This document shows positions 1-11,066 of a stretch of 64,000 bases of DNA, piece by piece. The position numbers and the translations under genes are program-made. Numbering within the stretch: position 1 is the stretch's first letter; the number at the start of each line of letters is the position of its first letter. This DNA is from Mytilus edulis. Lineage: Eukaryota. Location: assembly GCF_963676685.1 (NCBI RefSeq), contig NC_092354.1, positions 61,566,001-61,630,000 on the forward strand, given 5' to 3'. The notes under the pieces are model-generated. The model was not told where the DNA came from and did no database searches. It saw only the letters and a list, made by a program, of their open reading frames with translations.

Positions 1-499
1 TATATGGCGTCTGGACTGAAATACACACAAAATGTTTATACATATTATTGAGTTCATGCATTGTAACAGTTGATTGTTCATTTTGACCTTTGTTACACAA
101 TTATTTAATTTGTAATAAGTTGCTAGATTATGTTGTACATGTTTAAATGAAATTAACTTCTTTGTTATCCACAGTATCCCAACATATTTGATAGATTCTT
201 GTTTAACACAGTTTGACCTGCAGAAGAGTGCATCGGATTTATAATTTTGTTTTCATTCTCTCATAAACCTTCTTTGGTCTTTTGGAAAATGTTGTTTGTG
301 CTGTATTTAGACACCTCTACCAAGACATTTGTTTTGCATGCACACGTATAATAATTGCGGGTTTCATCCAAAACAATTATAGGTTTGAACGAATTTAAAC
401 GTCTATATTTTTGTAATAACACCAAAAACGCAAATTTTATTTATAACAGGCGTATTTTGTAAACTGCATAATAAAAGGGAAATATATTATTGCTCTATT

Positions 500-3400
500 T
501 TTCACTTTTCACATCATTGCGGTTATTCATTTATTAGGTGAAGAAAAATGTTAACAATTGGGGAAAAAGCAGAGTATTCATAACCATTTAAGTACATGTA
601 TACTTGAACCTTGATGCATAAGTCATTCTCAGACAACCGTTTAGGCAATCTTTTTTCGAACAAGAATGTTAAGTAATATATTGTACATGTTGTGAAAAAA
701 ACATTTTTTGGTATCTGTTCGAATATTTTTTAACCAAAATTAACCTAATATTTCTATAAAAAAAGTCTATTTATCAAAAACATGTTTTTATCAGTATTAT
801 TAGAAAGAATTAACTTTTTAAAATTATTTTTAAAGAAAACATACATGTCTTATATTTATTTCAAACAGAGGATGGCGTCTCGATACACTAGAAAGAAGAT
901 TGGCACACTATACACCTCTTCCTCCAATTAAACCAAAGTTAGTATTTCTCATCTATCATTGATTGAATAAGAGCTGCAGATATTTTTGATGGGTTTTGGA
1001 TTAGTTGATAACATATTTGTTACTTTTGTATTGTGCTATCTTGATGGTGTTTATTTATTAAGTGAAGAAAGACGTAAACTATTGTAAAAAACATCATTTT
1101 GTTATTAATACCATTTAAGTATATGTAAACTTGATTCATAACGCTTTTCAAGTCAATCGATAAGAAAATCTGTGTTTCAAACTAGCGTGAGATGGAATTG
1201 ATTGTAAAATGAAAATTTTATCTTTTATGTGTTCGTTTCGTTTCTAATCAAAATTTACGTAATGTTCTTTGAAACGGTCAACAACCAGCCTTTTCCTTTA
1301 TATTATTGTTAAAACAAACATCTACTCTATTTCTATTTTTTTTAAAGTTAAGTCATACATGTGTAATATTTATTTCTTACAGAAAAGTGACTCCCAAAGT
1401 ACACAAAGGAATATTTGAACATCTTTTATCAATGAAACCAGAGTTAGTATTGTAATTATCATTTATTGACCAAGAGCTGCAGATGTGTTCTGGTGTTGTT
1501 TTGGAATAGTTAAAAAATAACAAAAACAACTGAAAATCAAATTTGACTAAAATTATGTTGTTGTTGTATTGTGCTACCTTACGGTTAATTATAATTATTG
1601 AAAAAAAAAAAGATTGTCTATGACCATTTTACTATATGTACAACTATGTAAGCGTTGATTTATAAGGCGTTCCAAGTCAATCGCTTAGAAAAATCTGCTT
1701 TTCAGAAAGGCGTGTGATGGAATGAACAATCTGTTTTCAAATAGGCGTGTGATGGAATGTATTGGGTTTTTTTTATCTTGATGTGTTCGGTTCTTTCTAA
1801 TCCTAATTTGCATACCAAAAATACTGTTATATCAAACAATCATCTCTATTTCTTCTTTTTAAAATTAAGTCATAGTTGCATAATATTCATTTCTTACAGA
1901 AAAAATATTCCCGAAGTACACGAAGAAAGATCTGAACAGTTTACACCTTTTTCTTCGATGAAACATAAGTAAGTATTTCTTATATGCTATTGATTGAGCA
2001 ATAGCTGCTGATGTTCTTCTTCTTCTTTTTTTTGGTGTTCTTCTTCTTGATCTATGAATAAATTCTATTAAAGGCAGATTAAAATCCGAATGTTTGTGTC
2101 TTAAGTCGAGTTAATATCGATGCGTACAGTTACCTCCTAAATTACATTTATATAATGAAAACGTTTTTACTTATCATTTCGTTATTAACTACATTGTTGG
2201 TCTTGTGTTAGGAACAGTAAAGAGTAACAAAAACAACTAAAAGTTGAATTTTGATAACATTTTTGTTGTTTTTTTTATTTTGCTATCTTGATGGTATTTA
2301 TTTATTAAGTGAAGAAAGACGTAAACAATTGTAAAAAGAATCATTTTGTTATTATTAACATTTTAGTATATGTAAACCTTGATTCATAACACTTTTCAAG
2401 TCAATCGGTTAGGAAATCTGTGTTTCAAACTAGCGTGCTATGGAAAGAAATGTTAAGTAAAAATTTTATCTTTTATGTGTTCGTTTCATTTCTAATCATT
2501 TACGTAATGTTCCTATGAAACGGCCAAAAACCACGCTTTTCCTTTATATAATTGTTAAAACAAACTTCTACTCTATTTCTACTTTTCAAAATTAAGTCAT
2601 GCATGTATAATATTTATAATATTCCCAACAGAAAAGTGACCCCCGAAATACACGATGGAATATTTGAACAGTATTCACCTATTTCAACAATGAAACCTAA
2701 ATTAGTATTGTTATCATTTATTGACCAAGAGCTGCAGATGTGTTCTGATGTGGTTTTGGAATAGGTACAGTAACAAAAACAATTGAAAACCAAATTTAAA
2801 TAAAATGTTGTTGTTGTTGTATTGTGCTACCTTGATGTTTATTATTTATTTAGTCAAGAAACACCTTTTCAATTGTGAAAAATAGGTTGTTTTTTACCAT
2901 TTTATCATACATAAACCTTTATTCATAAGGCGTTCCAATTCAATCGCTTAGAACAGTCTGTTTTTCTAAAAAAAGAATAAAAAAGCGTTTGGTGGAATGT
3001 ATTGTAAAGAATTTTTTTTATCCAGATGTGTTGAGTCCATTTCTAATCCAAATTTACATACTTTTCCAAGAAAACAAAAGAACAACAATCACGTTTTCCT
3101 AAGTAATACTGTTATATCAAACACAATCTCTATTTCATATTTTTAAGTTAAGTCATACGTGTGTAAAATATGTATGAAACATAAGTAAGTATTTATCATA
3201 TGCTATTGATTGACCAATAGCTGCTGATGTTGTTATTCTTCTGTTTGTTGTTATTATTCTTCTTGATCTATGAATACATTTCATTAAGGGCAGATTAAAA
3301 CCCATGGTATGTTTGAGCCGCAAATCGAGTTAACTATCGATGCGTACAGTTATATCATAAATTTCATTATATGTAGACATTTATATAACGAAAATGTGTT

Positions 3401-4130
3401 TTCTAATTATTCTGTTATTTACTACATTGTTGGTCTTGTGTCTTCCACAGTTCTAATGTGGTTAAGGAATAGTAAAAAAGTAACAAAAACAACTCAAAAT
3501 TGTAATAACATTTTTGTTGTATTTTTGTTGTGCTATCTTGTTCATGACCATTTTTACTGTATGTAAACCTTGATTCATAAGGCGTTCAAAGTCAACCGCG
3601 TAGAAAATTCTGTTTTTCAAAAAAGCGTGTGATGGAATGAAAAGTCTTGATGTGTTCGGTCCATTCTAATCGAAATTTACTTACTATTCCAAGAAAAAAA
3701 GATCAACAATCACATTATTCATAAGTAATACTGTTATATCAAACATCATCTCTGTTTCTTCTTTTTTAAGTTAAATCATACATGTACTATATTTTTTAAC
3801 AGAAAAATTACTCCCGAAACACACGAAGGAAGACTTGAACAGTATACACCTTTTCCGTCAATTTTACCAAAGTTAGTATTTCTAATATATTATTGATTGA
3901 CCAAAAGCTGCTGATGTTGATCTACTTTTTTCTTCTTCTCCTTCTTGATCTATAAATACATATTTTTAAAGGCAGATTAATATACGCGTATTTGTGTGTC
4001 GCAAATTGAGTTAACTATTGATGCGTACAGTTATTTCTTAAATCTCATTATATGTAAACATTGATACAACTTATACGCTTTTTTTTAATCATTTTGTTAT
4101 TTGCTACATTGTTGGTGTTGTGTCTTCCAG
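500..4130. repeat. Degenerate tandem duplication of exon+intron units (about 0.5-0.7 kb)
   Basis: Intronic blocks recur with each exon copy, e.g. ttgtgctatcttgatgg, ttgattcataa(g)gcgtt, gagctgcagatgtgttct and gcgtgtgatggaatg. Confidence 0.85.
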
Positions 4131-4149
4131 ACCATGTAATTTGAACTAA
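869..4149 (+). CDS. 3' part of an unknown spliced gene made of tandemly duplicated short phase-2 exons (869-937, 1383-1442, 1900-1968, [2632-2700 donor-dead], 3803-3871, terminal 4131-4149)
   Basis: Each exon has a pyrimidine tract plus CAG acceptor and a GTTAGT/GTAAGT donor. Lengths are 69/60/69/69/69 nt (multiples of 3) and all are stop-free in one shared phase: GWRLDTLERRLAHYTPLPPIKP, KVTPKVHKGIFEHLLSMKP, KNIPEVHEERSEQFTPFSSMKH, KVTPEIHDGIFEQYSPISTMKP, KITPETHEGRLEQYTPFPSILP. The last exon (TTCCAG|A CCA TGT AAT TTG AAC TAA) closes in the same phase (PCNLN*). The start of the gene was not identified. Confidence 0.7.
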
Positions 4150-4770
4150 AAACATATTTTACATCAATCTATAGACATGAAATACACAATAGAGATAATC
4201 AAGAACGGAGGAAAGAAAATAGTTCTTATCCAATAACTATACTTTCACGAACAACAGACGTGCCAAGTAGGTAGGTACTCATTTACCGAAAGGTAGACTT
4301 ACTATTGTTTTCGTTAAATTTAAAAAAGAATGAATATTCCGTGTAATCAATTCTACTTTATTTCTTAAAATCGTGCATACATACTTCTGTTCTTTTGTTA
4401 TGTTGAATATTGTTTGATAACAAACTATTTATGTCCATTTGCCATCACTGGGCACCATCATGTCATCGTTATAAAGACCTATCTCAATTGACACCACGTC
4501 AACAATTTAAACTGATCAATCCCATGGGTAGCTAACATACATTGGTGTTTTTGTCTTTCAATCTACCACAAAATAATAAGGGGAAAATGCAAAAATGTTA
4601 GACACATTGATTGACAGAAGGATAGAGAAAATCAAATGGACGAAAAAGTATCTAACTGTTAAGAACTTTTTACTCTTCATATCTACCTTTATCATATGTT
4701 TAGTAGTAAAGACAGTAGTTGAATATGTGATAAATAGCCTGCTGTTTAATCCATATCTCGCAACTTTGAT

Positions 4771-4860
4771 GCGCACCCTTTATCGCATACCCTTTATCCC
4801 ACCCCTACCCTTTATTACATACCCTTTATCACACCTTTACCCTTTATCACACCCTTACTT
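4771..4860. repeat. Short ACCCTTTATC(A/G)C-type tandem array
   Basis: About 6 imperfect copies of (A)CCCTTTAT are visible directly. Confidence 0.7.
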
Positions 4861-5240
4861 TTTTTTTACAGTCAGTTTTTATTTATGTAATCTTAAGAAA
4901 TATTTTTCCTCAAAATAGGTACGGTCATCGGGTGTGACGCAATTTATTGAATGACGTGATTGTTTCGTATGTATATGTGACGTCACGAACGTCAAGTTTT
5001 CATATTTTTTGACACACTAAATGCAACTGTAAAAAATACAAAACACACAAAAAAATACAACAATAAACAATTTTTTTTTAAAACAACAGCACGCAAATTG
5101 TAAGGTAACCCAGGTGCTTTGGATAAGTAATTGAGCAGTTCTTTTAAGGCTTTTAAAACCAGACAAAAGTAGAACTGAAGGTAACCCAGTGAACAGTTCA
5201 TATAATATAACTCTCCCGTTGAAATATATAATAAAGCGTA

Positions 5241-5373
5241 TAAAACATGGCAAAATCCGTATCACATGCCGTATCACCCTCGACCAATATCATCCCTCGG
5301 GCCTAAAGGCCCTTGGGCTGATATTGGTGTCTCGGGATGATACGACATGTGATACGGATTTTGCAATGTATTA
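5241..5373. repeat. About 130-nt imperfect foldback palindrome
   Basis: GCAAAATCCGTATCACATG...CCAATATCA...GGGCC-TAAA-GGCCC...TGATATTGG...CATGTGATACGGATTTTGC, with the loop at 5304-5307. Confidence 0.85.
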
Positions 5374-6224
5374 TTCTCTATATATAGCATATGGCTATTT
5401 GTCATAGTTACTTACAGGAGTAGGATTTTTGACGTATTTTATTGTGCTTTTGTCTATTATCTTGAAAACTCTGATATATATGTAGACACTGTATACCGAA
5501 GAATAATCAAGAATACACTAATTGTGATAAAAAGAATCCATTTATGCATGACTTATTGTAAACGTTTTATCCATTAATTGATGGTTTTTGCATCATTTTC
5601 GAGATTTTGTCTTTTATCTCGAAAAAATAATTGATAGGTATAAACTGTTAACAACCAAATTAATCAGTTATACAAGTTACACTTTTGATGAGCCCTCGAT
5701 TCAGAATCATTTTGAGCCTCTTGTTATTTATATACGTAATGCGTAAAGTTGTAGATAGTATAATGTTTTGACCAGTTCGTCAGTTAATCAATCAATCCAT
5801 CAGTCCATTGACCATTACTTTGATGTCGTCATGTTAAATTTACACGCAAACATAAATCGAAATTTGTTTCCCATGTTAAAATCTGAAAAATGAAGGATAC
5901 TACTAGGATCATGATCAATTATAAAGATCGTTCTTTAAGTGAGTCCAGAAATATTTAAAGTAAGTCATTCCTCAAATATCCGTTAGACGTCAGAGCAATC
6001 TTTGACTAGGTTAAAGGTTGTTTTTACATTTTGAATAACACATCTGTCTCGTGACCTGATACATGTTATATATAGGTAATCACGTGCTTTCAACTAGTAA
6101 CCTCTTTTCGTTTTTAAAACGTATTCGATAAATACATTTGCTTACATTTTTCTACATTGAGACGATAAGGAAAATATAAAAAAAGGGGAAACAATTGATT
6201 AAAATTTACAACCTTCAGCGTAAA

Positions 6225-6804
6225 AGGAGTAGGTCCGGTAAGGACTGATTTTGGACTCAAATTTCAGGTTCGTCTGACGAAAGATGTTGACCACTTTTTA
6301 AACACTTAAGTGTCTATTTCATTTGATTTAATTAATTTATGTGAAAGATTTTAACTAATTTAGTCCTAAAAAACGATCCGATTCAAGCTTAAACATGAAA
6401 AATCTACCAAATATGCCGAAAAATGTCACTTTCAGATGGTTTTTGTCAAAAATGAAAGTGGCGGCATCCGTGTTCATCCTCAACCTTTATATATATGATG
6501 TATTATTATCAAATACAACTTACATTTCAATATCGAGGATGAACACGGATGCAGCCACTTTCGTTTTACACGGAAACCGTCTAAAATTTAACTAAAATGC
6601 TATAATTGTGAAGATTTCAGTTATTTAGCATGACTTAATGGTGCTAGTACCCGATACATGTGCATTGTATTGTCAAAAAACAGCCCATATGTATGTAGCA
6701 GAAGCATTCTACTGTGCAATAAATAATTAACAGTTTATATTTAAATAATTTTGTAAAACTGCTATATTTTGGGGCCAAAAAGGGGTCTTACTGGACCTAC
6801 TCCT
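6225..6804. mobile_element. Non-autonomous TIR element (MITE), Kolobok-like termini
   Basis: TIRs AGGAGTAGGTCCGGTAAG / CTTACTGGACCTACTCCT. Flanks TAAA and TTGA are each one mismatch from TTAA. There is an internal inverted repeat GAAAGTGGCGGCATCCGTGTTCATCCTC / GAGGATGAACACGGATGCAGCCACTTTC. The superfamily call is an inference from the AG...CT ends and TTAA-like target. Confidence 0.7.
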
Positions 6805-7799
6805 TTGAATAATCCTTCGCCATCCATCACACTTCAAGCCGATCACATTATTTTCTGAAAACACTCTACTACAGGTACATAATTTTATTATTGTAGATTT
6901 CACAATTTCCAAATTAAACAAAACTATAAATAATCTTATGTTGAATATGGACCGTATGTTTTAGACCTTTACATCTTACGCCTCCATTGACTGAATGAAA
7001 ACACGTGTCTGGTATTTCGTATTTATTTACATTGGTAGGTTTAGTACTGCAACAAAGGTTATTTTTTTAAATTGTAATGTATCAGAAAAACACACACCTA
7101 TATTGTATTTCGTTGGAAAGAGGAAAATGTGTGCAACTATAACAGTTTGTCGTAAAAACTCAGAGTGGTCACCTTTTTGCGAGATTCAGTTCAAAGGTCA
7201 AACCTCATAAATTAAAATATCAATAAAAAAGGAGGAGTTTTCTGAGATATATTCAGTACAATGCAATAACAATGATTTTTAAACAAGCATATATACTGTA
7301 AAGGATGACAAAATGACAAGTTTATCTATTTGTATGAACCGATGCCATTACAAAATGATGACAATTATGAATCTTCTGATTTTTTCCATGCATGACAAAG
7401 AAAATGTAGATGTGTCTTGACCTTTTCACATCCATTAACCTTTACATTGCTGATCAATTTTCACGATATGTTTCATGTATTTTTCTTTATTTAAAATAAA
7501 CAATTCAATCAATGAAAAATCGTCTAAAAGAAATACTTTACAATGCTTTTCAATATAAACATGGAAGCATGCGCTGTAAATTTATCACTTTGGGATACCA
7601 TACGGCACATTTTGTTAATAGTGAACAAAACGGTTAAACATGCTACACAGAGGAACAAGTGATCATTATGGTGTAGTTTCTTTGAGGAAAGAGTCAAGTA
7701 CCTGACAGTATTAAATGTCTAAATATTAATAATTGTTCTATCTGAGACAACTTTGTTTTCCTTTAAGAACGGTAGCGGATCGACCATATGGTACCAACT

Positions 7800-8030
7800 G
7801 ATACCGAGATACAGCTTCAGCTTCTATTTTATGACAAAGACTGGCCTTACATGTTTCACTATGGTACCGTCCTCGTGGAAAAGAGAGATAGGCAGAGATT
7901 CAATTGAGAGCGATATAGCCTTCTTTATCAAAATGTTTTCACGACACACTACAGTAACTAGGGCAAGACAGAATACTCGTTCTGAACTAACATGTACATG
8001 TAGTATCCCTACTGACCTGCACTTGGTTTA
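7800..8030 (-). pseudogene. Fragment of a large DNA-transposon-like ORF (same family as 51340-52790)
   Basis: The minus strand reads VSSERVFCLALV...ESLPISLFHEDGT..(frameshift)TCKASLCHKIE, matching NPELVFRHAP...PIPISFFHDDGTKRKSYMSDLLKQL at 51.7-51.9 kb. Confidence 0.6.
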
Positions 8031-8484
8031 AGACTTTTTCGTTAATTCTTCGAAGGTTTTGATTTTTAATCTTGATATTAGGCCATATAAGTCACAGTTG
8101 TCGCCTTCTTCTTGTCGCCTTCTTCCAACGCACCACTGACAAACGACTTGACAATTTTTATACCGGTCCATTAACAAATGCGTTTTCATTGAGGACCCCA
8201 TTTCCTTAGGCGCGTGCATACAAATAGAGATGTTGATCAGTGACTTCAGAAGGGACTTTACATCAAATGATTTGTCAGTCTCTGGTGAGCATGGTCTATA
8301 CTAAGTTTATGCTCTTCATGCTGCCTTAAGGCAGTTGGTTAGACTCATCATAAGATTATTTATCTTCAGCAGTGAATTTAGTTTTAATTTCATTTCTTCG
8401 AGTATCCATGCTTCAATGATATTTTACCGAGCACTAACATGGATACACTACAAACTACTCAGAGTCTGAATTGACAAGTTTTTG

Positions 8485-8730
8485 TGCTCGACCAGTAAAA
8501 CCGAGCACATATTTTACTCGACTAGTCTCGACATTGTCTCAACTGTACTTAACTGTAATTAAGTGTACTCGACTATGTATCGACTTTACTTAATTTGTCT
8601 GATTCAGCACTTGATGATCTATGTGTAGTCTGAAATGGTCTTGACCAAGGCTCGACCTGTCTCGACCTGTCTCAACTAGTCTCGACTCAGTCTCAACAAG
8701 CCTCGACCTGTCTCGACTAGTCTTGGCCTT
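8485..8730. repeat. Cluster of CTCGAC/GTCTCGAC short repeats, possibly subterminal repeats of a DNA transposon end
   Basis: Many copies of (gt)ctcgac(ctgt/tagt). The cluster ends at GGCCTTTAA. Confidence 0.45.
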
Positions 8731-9261
8731 TAATAGTAGTTTTGACTGGTGTAAATCAGCCCATCTAACTAAATTAAATATTGATCTTACAGAATTCAAG
8801 CTTATTAGGTAGTTTGATTTATTGCTGTGAAATGAAAGAATTTAATTTTACAATAGGTAAAAATAAAAATTATTATATAAATTCAGCTAGGCATCTTTAA
8901 TTTTTTTTATAACTTTTTCAAACCAACTTGGATTTTCGATATTAATTGCTCTTGTGGCAAACTCAAGTTCATTCGTTCTCCTTTTGTGAATAGTAGGAGT
9001 TCACTTAAAAGGACTACCAAAACTGGCCATTATAAAAAAAAGGGAAATCAAATCTTATCCAAAGGATTCGGTTAACTATTATAAAAAGTCTAAAATTTAG
9101 AACGAAAACCTAACTTATTTATAGAAAAAAGAACACCATTTCGTTATAATAAAACACCCATGCAACCATGGTCATTTTAAGATACATTATTTGAATATAA
9201 TCAAATATAAAAGTAATTCATGTATCATAATATATTGATATATTTATATTTTAATTGTTCT

Positions 9262-9300
9262 TCAATAGATCTAGTTACTATGACCCATCATCAGGGGTCC
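9262..9300 (-). ncRNA. Partial hammerhead-like motif 3' of RT B
   Basis: The minus strand reads GGACCC-CUGAUGA-UGGGUC..UAGUAACUA..GAUCUA-UUGAAGAAC. The core and stem II are present, GAAA is degenerate, and no stem III or stem I partner is seen. Confidence 0.35.
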
Positions 9301-9319
9301 AACTGTCAATTTAATTTTA

Positions 9320-10770
9320 AACTTATACGCAACTATTGGTGCTGTTTTGAGTATTTGTACACAATCTTCGTCGAACTGTAATAAATAACAGTGTTTCAGT
9401 ATACGTTTCTTTATTTTACGACCCTTTTTAGTAATTCATTACGGTCAATTGATAAAGCATCAGTAATGCTATCCTCTATTTCCACGTAATTCATAACCCC
9501 TATCTTATAATTTCACTTTGGAATTAGTTAGATTGTTTATTAAAATATATAATTTGTTATGGTCACTTGTGTTTTTAATTTGCCGTATTGCTTAACCTTT
9601 ATAAATCCTCTGAATACATGCTGTGAGTGACAGCTCAGGCGCGGATCCAGAGGGGGGTTCCGGGGGTTGGAACCCCCCCTTTTTTTGGACGATCAATGCA
9701 TTTGAATGGGGACATGTAATTGGAACCCCCCTCTCTTTGTCCTGGGTTAGGAACCCCCCCTTTTTAAAATGGCTGGATCCGCCCCTGCAGCTACTTCTGT
9801 GCAGAAACAGATAAGAATTTATTTCTTTAAAATGTATTTCAAGGTCATGAATGCCATGTGTTGTAAATCTTTGACCTTTAATTACATCAACATCTAAAAA
9901 CGACATTTTATCGTTTTTGATTTCATAAGGGGTTATAATAATTTGCTAGACGAAAAAAGTCTATAATTTCGTCTGACATTCCATCCTATATTATGAATTC
10001 ATCGTCTCTATATCTGCCATGATAGAATATTTTGTCTTTATATTGAAATGCAGAAATAATTTGATTCATTATCTCGAACATAAGTATGTCACAAATTTCC
10101 GGTGAAGGAACTTCACCAATTGCCGTACTTATTATTTGTTTGTAAATTTTCCCATCAAATTCAAATACATTGTTTTCTAAAATGATTCTCAACAAATGTA
10201 TCAATATATTGACTGGCGGAGCATTAACTTTGAAGTTGGATTTGTCAAAACTGTCATAGGCTCGTTCAACCGCACTCAATAACGCTTCTTGATGTAGATT
10301 GGTAAACATCTGTGTTATATCATACGAAACCAACAGGCTGATTGCCAAAGGATTTGATTTCTCAATGATATTAATGAACAATGTAGTATATGTAGACTGA
10401 TTTTAAACTATTGGTTCAGTTACAGAACAACACTGTGATATAATTGGTCTGCCAGGTGGAATTATATTCAATTCATGTAATCCATCATGTTGAATTTGTT
10501 TAAACGTCTCTGTCTCAAGACGGTGAATTTGTTAAAAATTTAAATGATATTTTGTCTATTACGCCTTGGTCGTATAATGATTTATCATACACTTAATGAC
10601 CTAGATTTGTGGTTCTGCCATGTTAAATGAACCTAATTTAATGTAATGTTAAGTATTTAGTTGTCTTGTGACTTTTGTTATGTAGTCTAGCCTGTCTAAG
10701 ATAACATAATTTGAATTTTTATCTGCCTTTTTTATTGCTATTGTTTCATCATTTTTCAAATTGCGTACGC
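9320..10770 (-). pseudogene. Penelope-like reverse transcriptase B (5'-truncated, decayed, no GIY-YIG seen)
   Basis: Minus-strand motifs IKKADK, PPGRPIISQC, LLVSYDITQMFTNL, LENNVFEFDGKIYKQ, AIGEVPSPEICDI, GRYRDDEFII, FLDV, YLFLHRSSCH..HVFRGFIKG and PIVAYK. Contains stops, frameshifts and a MITE insertion. Confidence 0.85.
9636..9787. mobile_element. 152-bp MITE with CAG...CTG ends and a 5-bp TSD (hAT5-like, inferred)
   Basis: TIRs CAGGCGCGGATCCAG / CTGGATCCGCCCCTG. TSD CAGCT at 9631-9635 and 9788-9792. Removing the element and one TSD restores the RT thumb motif LHRSSCHSQHVFRGFIKG. Confidence 0.9.
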
Positions 10771-10805
10771 AAATATTTCAATAAAATAAGCCTATCCCAG
10801 CACCC

Positions 10806-10897
10806 AAACTCCATACATCATAAGGTGTTTCGAACATCTATTTAGACCAATTAGAATGAACAAATTGACCATGGCCATGTTTATCGTCAGGAGCCCA
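10806..10897 (-). ncRNA. Degenerate type I hammerhead ribozyme motif 3' of RT A
   Basis: The minus strand reads GGCUC-CUGACGA-[long stem II AACAU..GGUCAAUU/AAUUGGUC..AUGUU]-C-GAAA-CACC-UUAU-GAUG-UA-UGGAGUU. Stem III has one mismatch and stem I is out of register by about 2 nt. Confidence 0.55.
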
Positions 10898-11066
10898 AGC
10901 CATTGCATAGTGACACTAATTTCAAAAATACTGTAATTTTTATTAAGGACTCGACACTTGGTGATCTGTAGGACTAATATTTTTCTATACTCTTTATCTA
11001 CTTAACCTTGTTTATCAATTTAACGAATACAGTATAGAATATATTTCTATAAACTGCAACATATTA

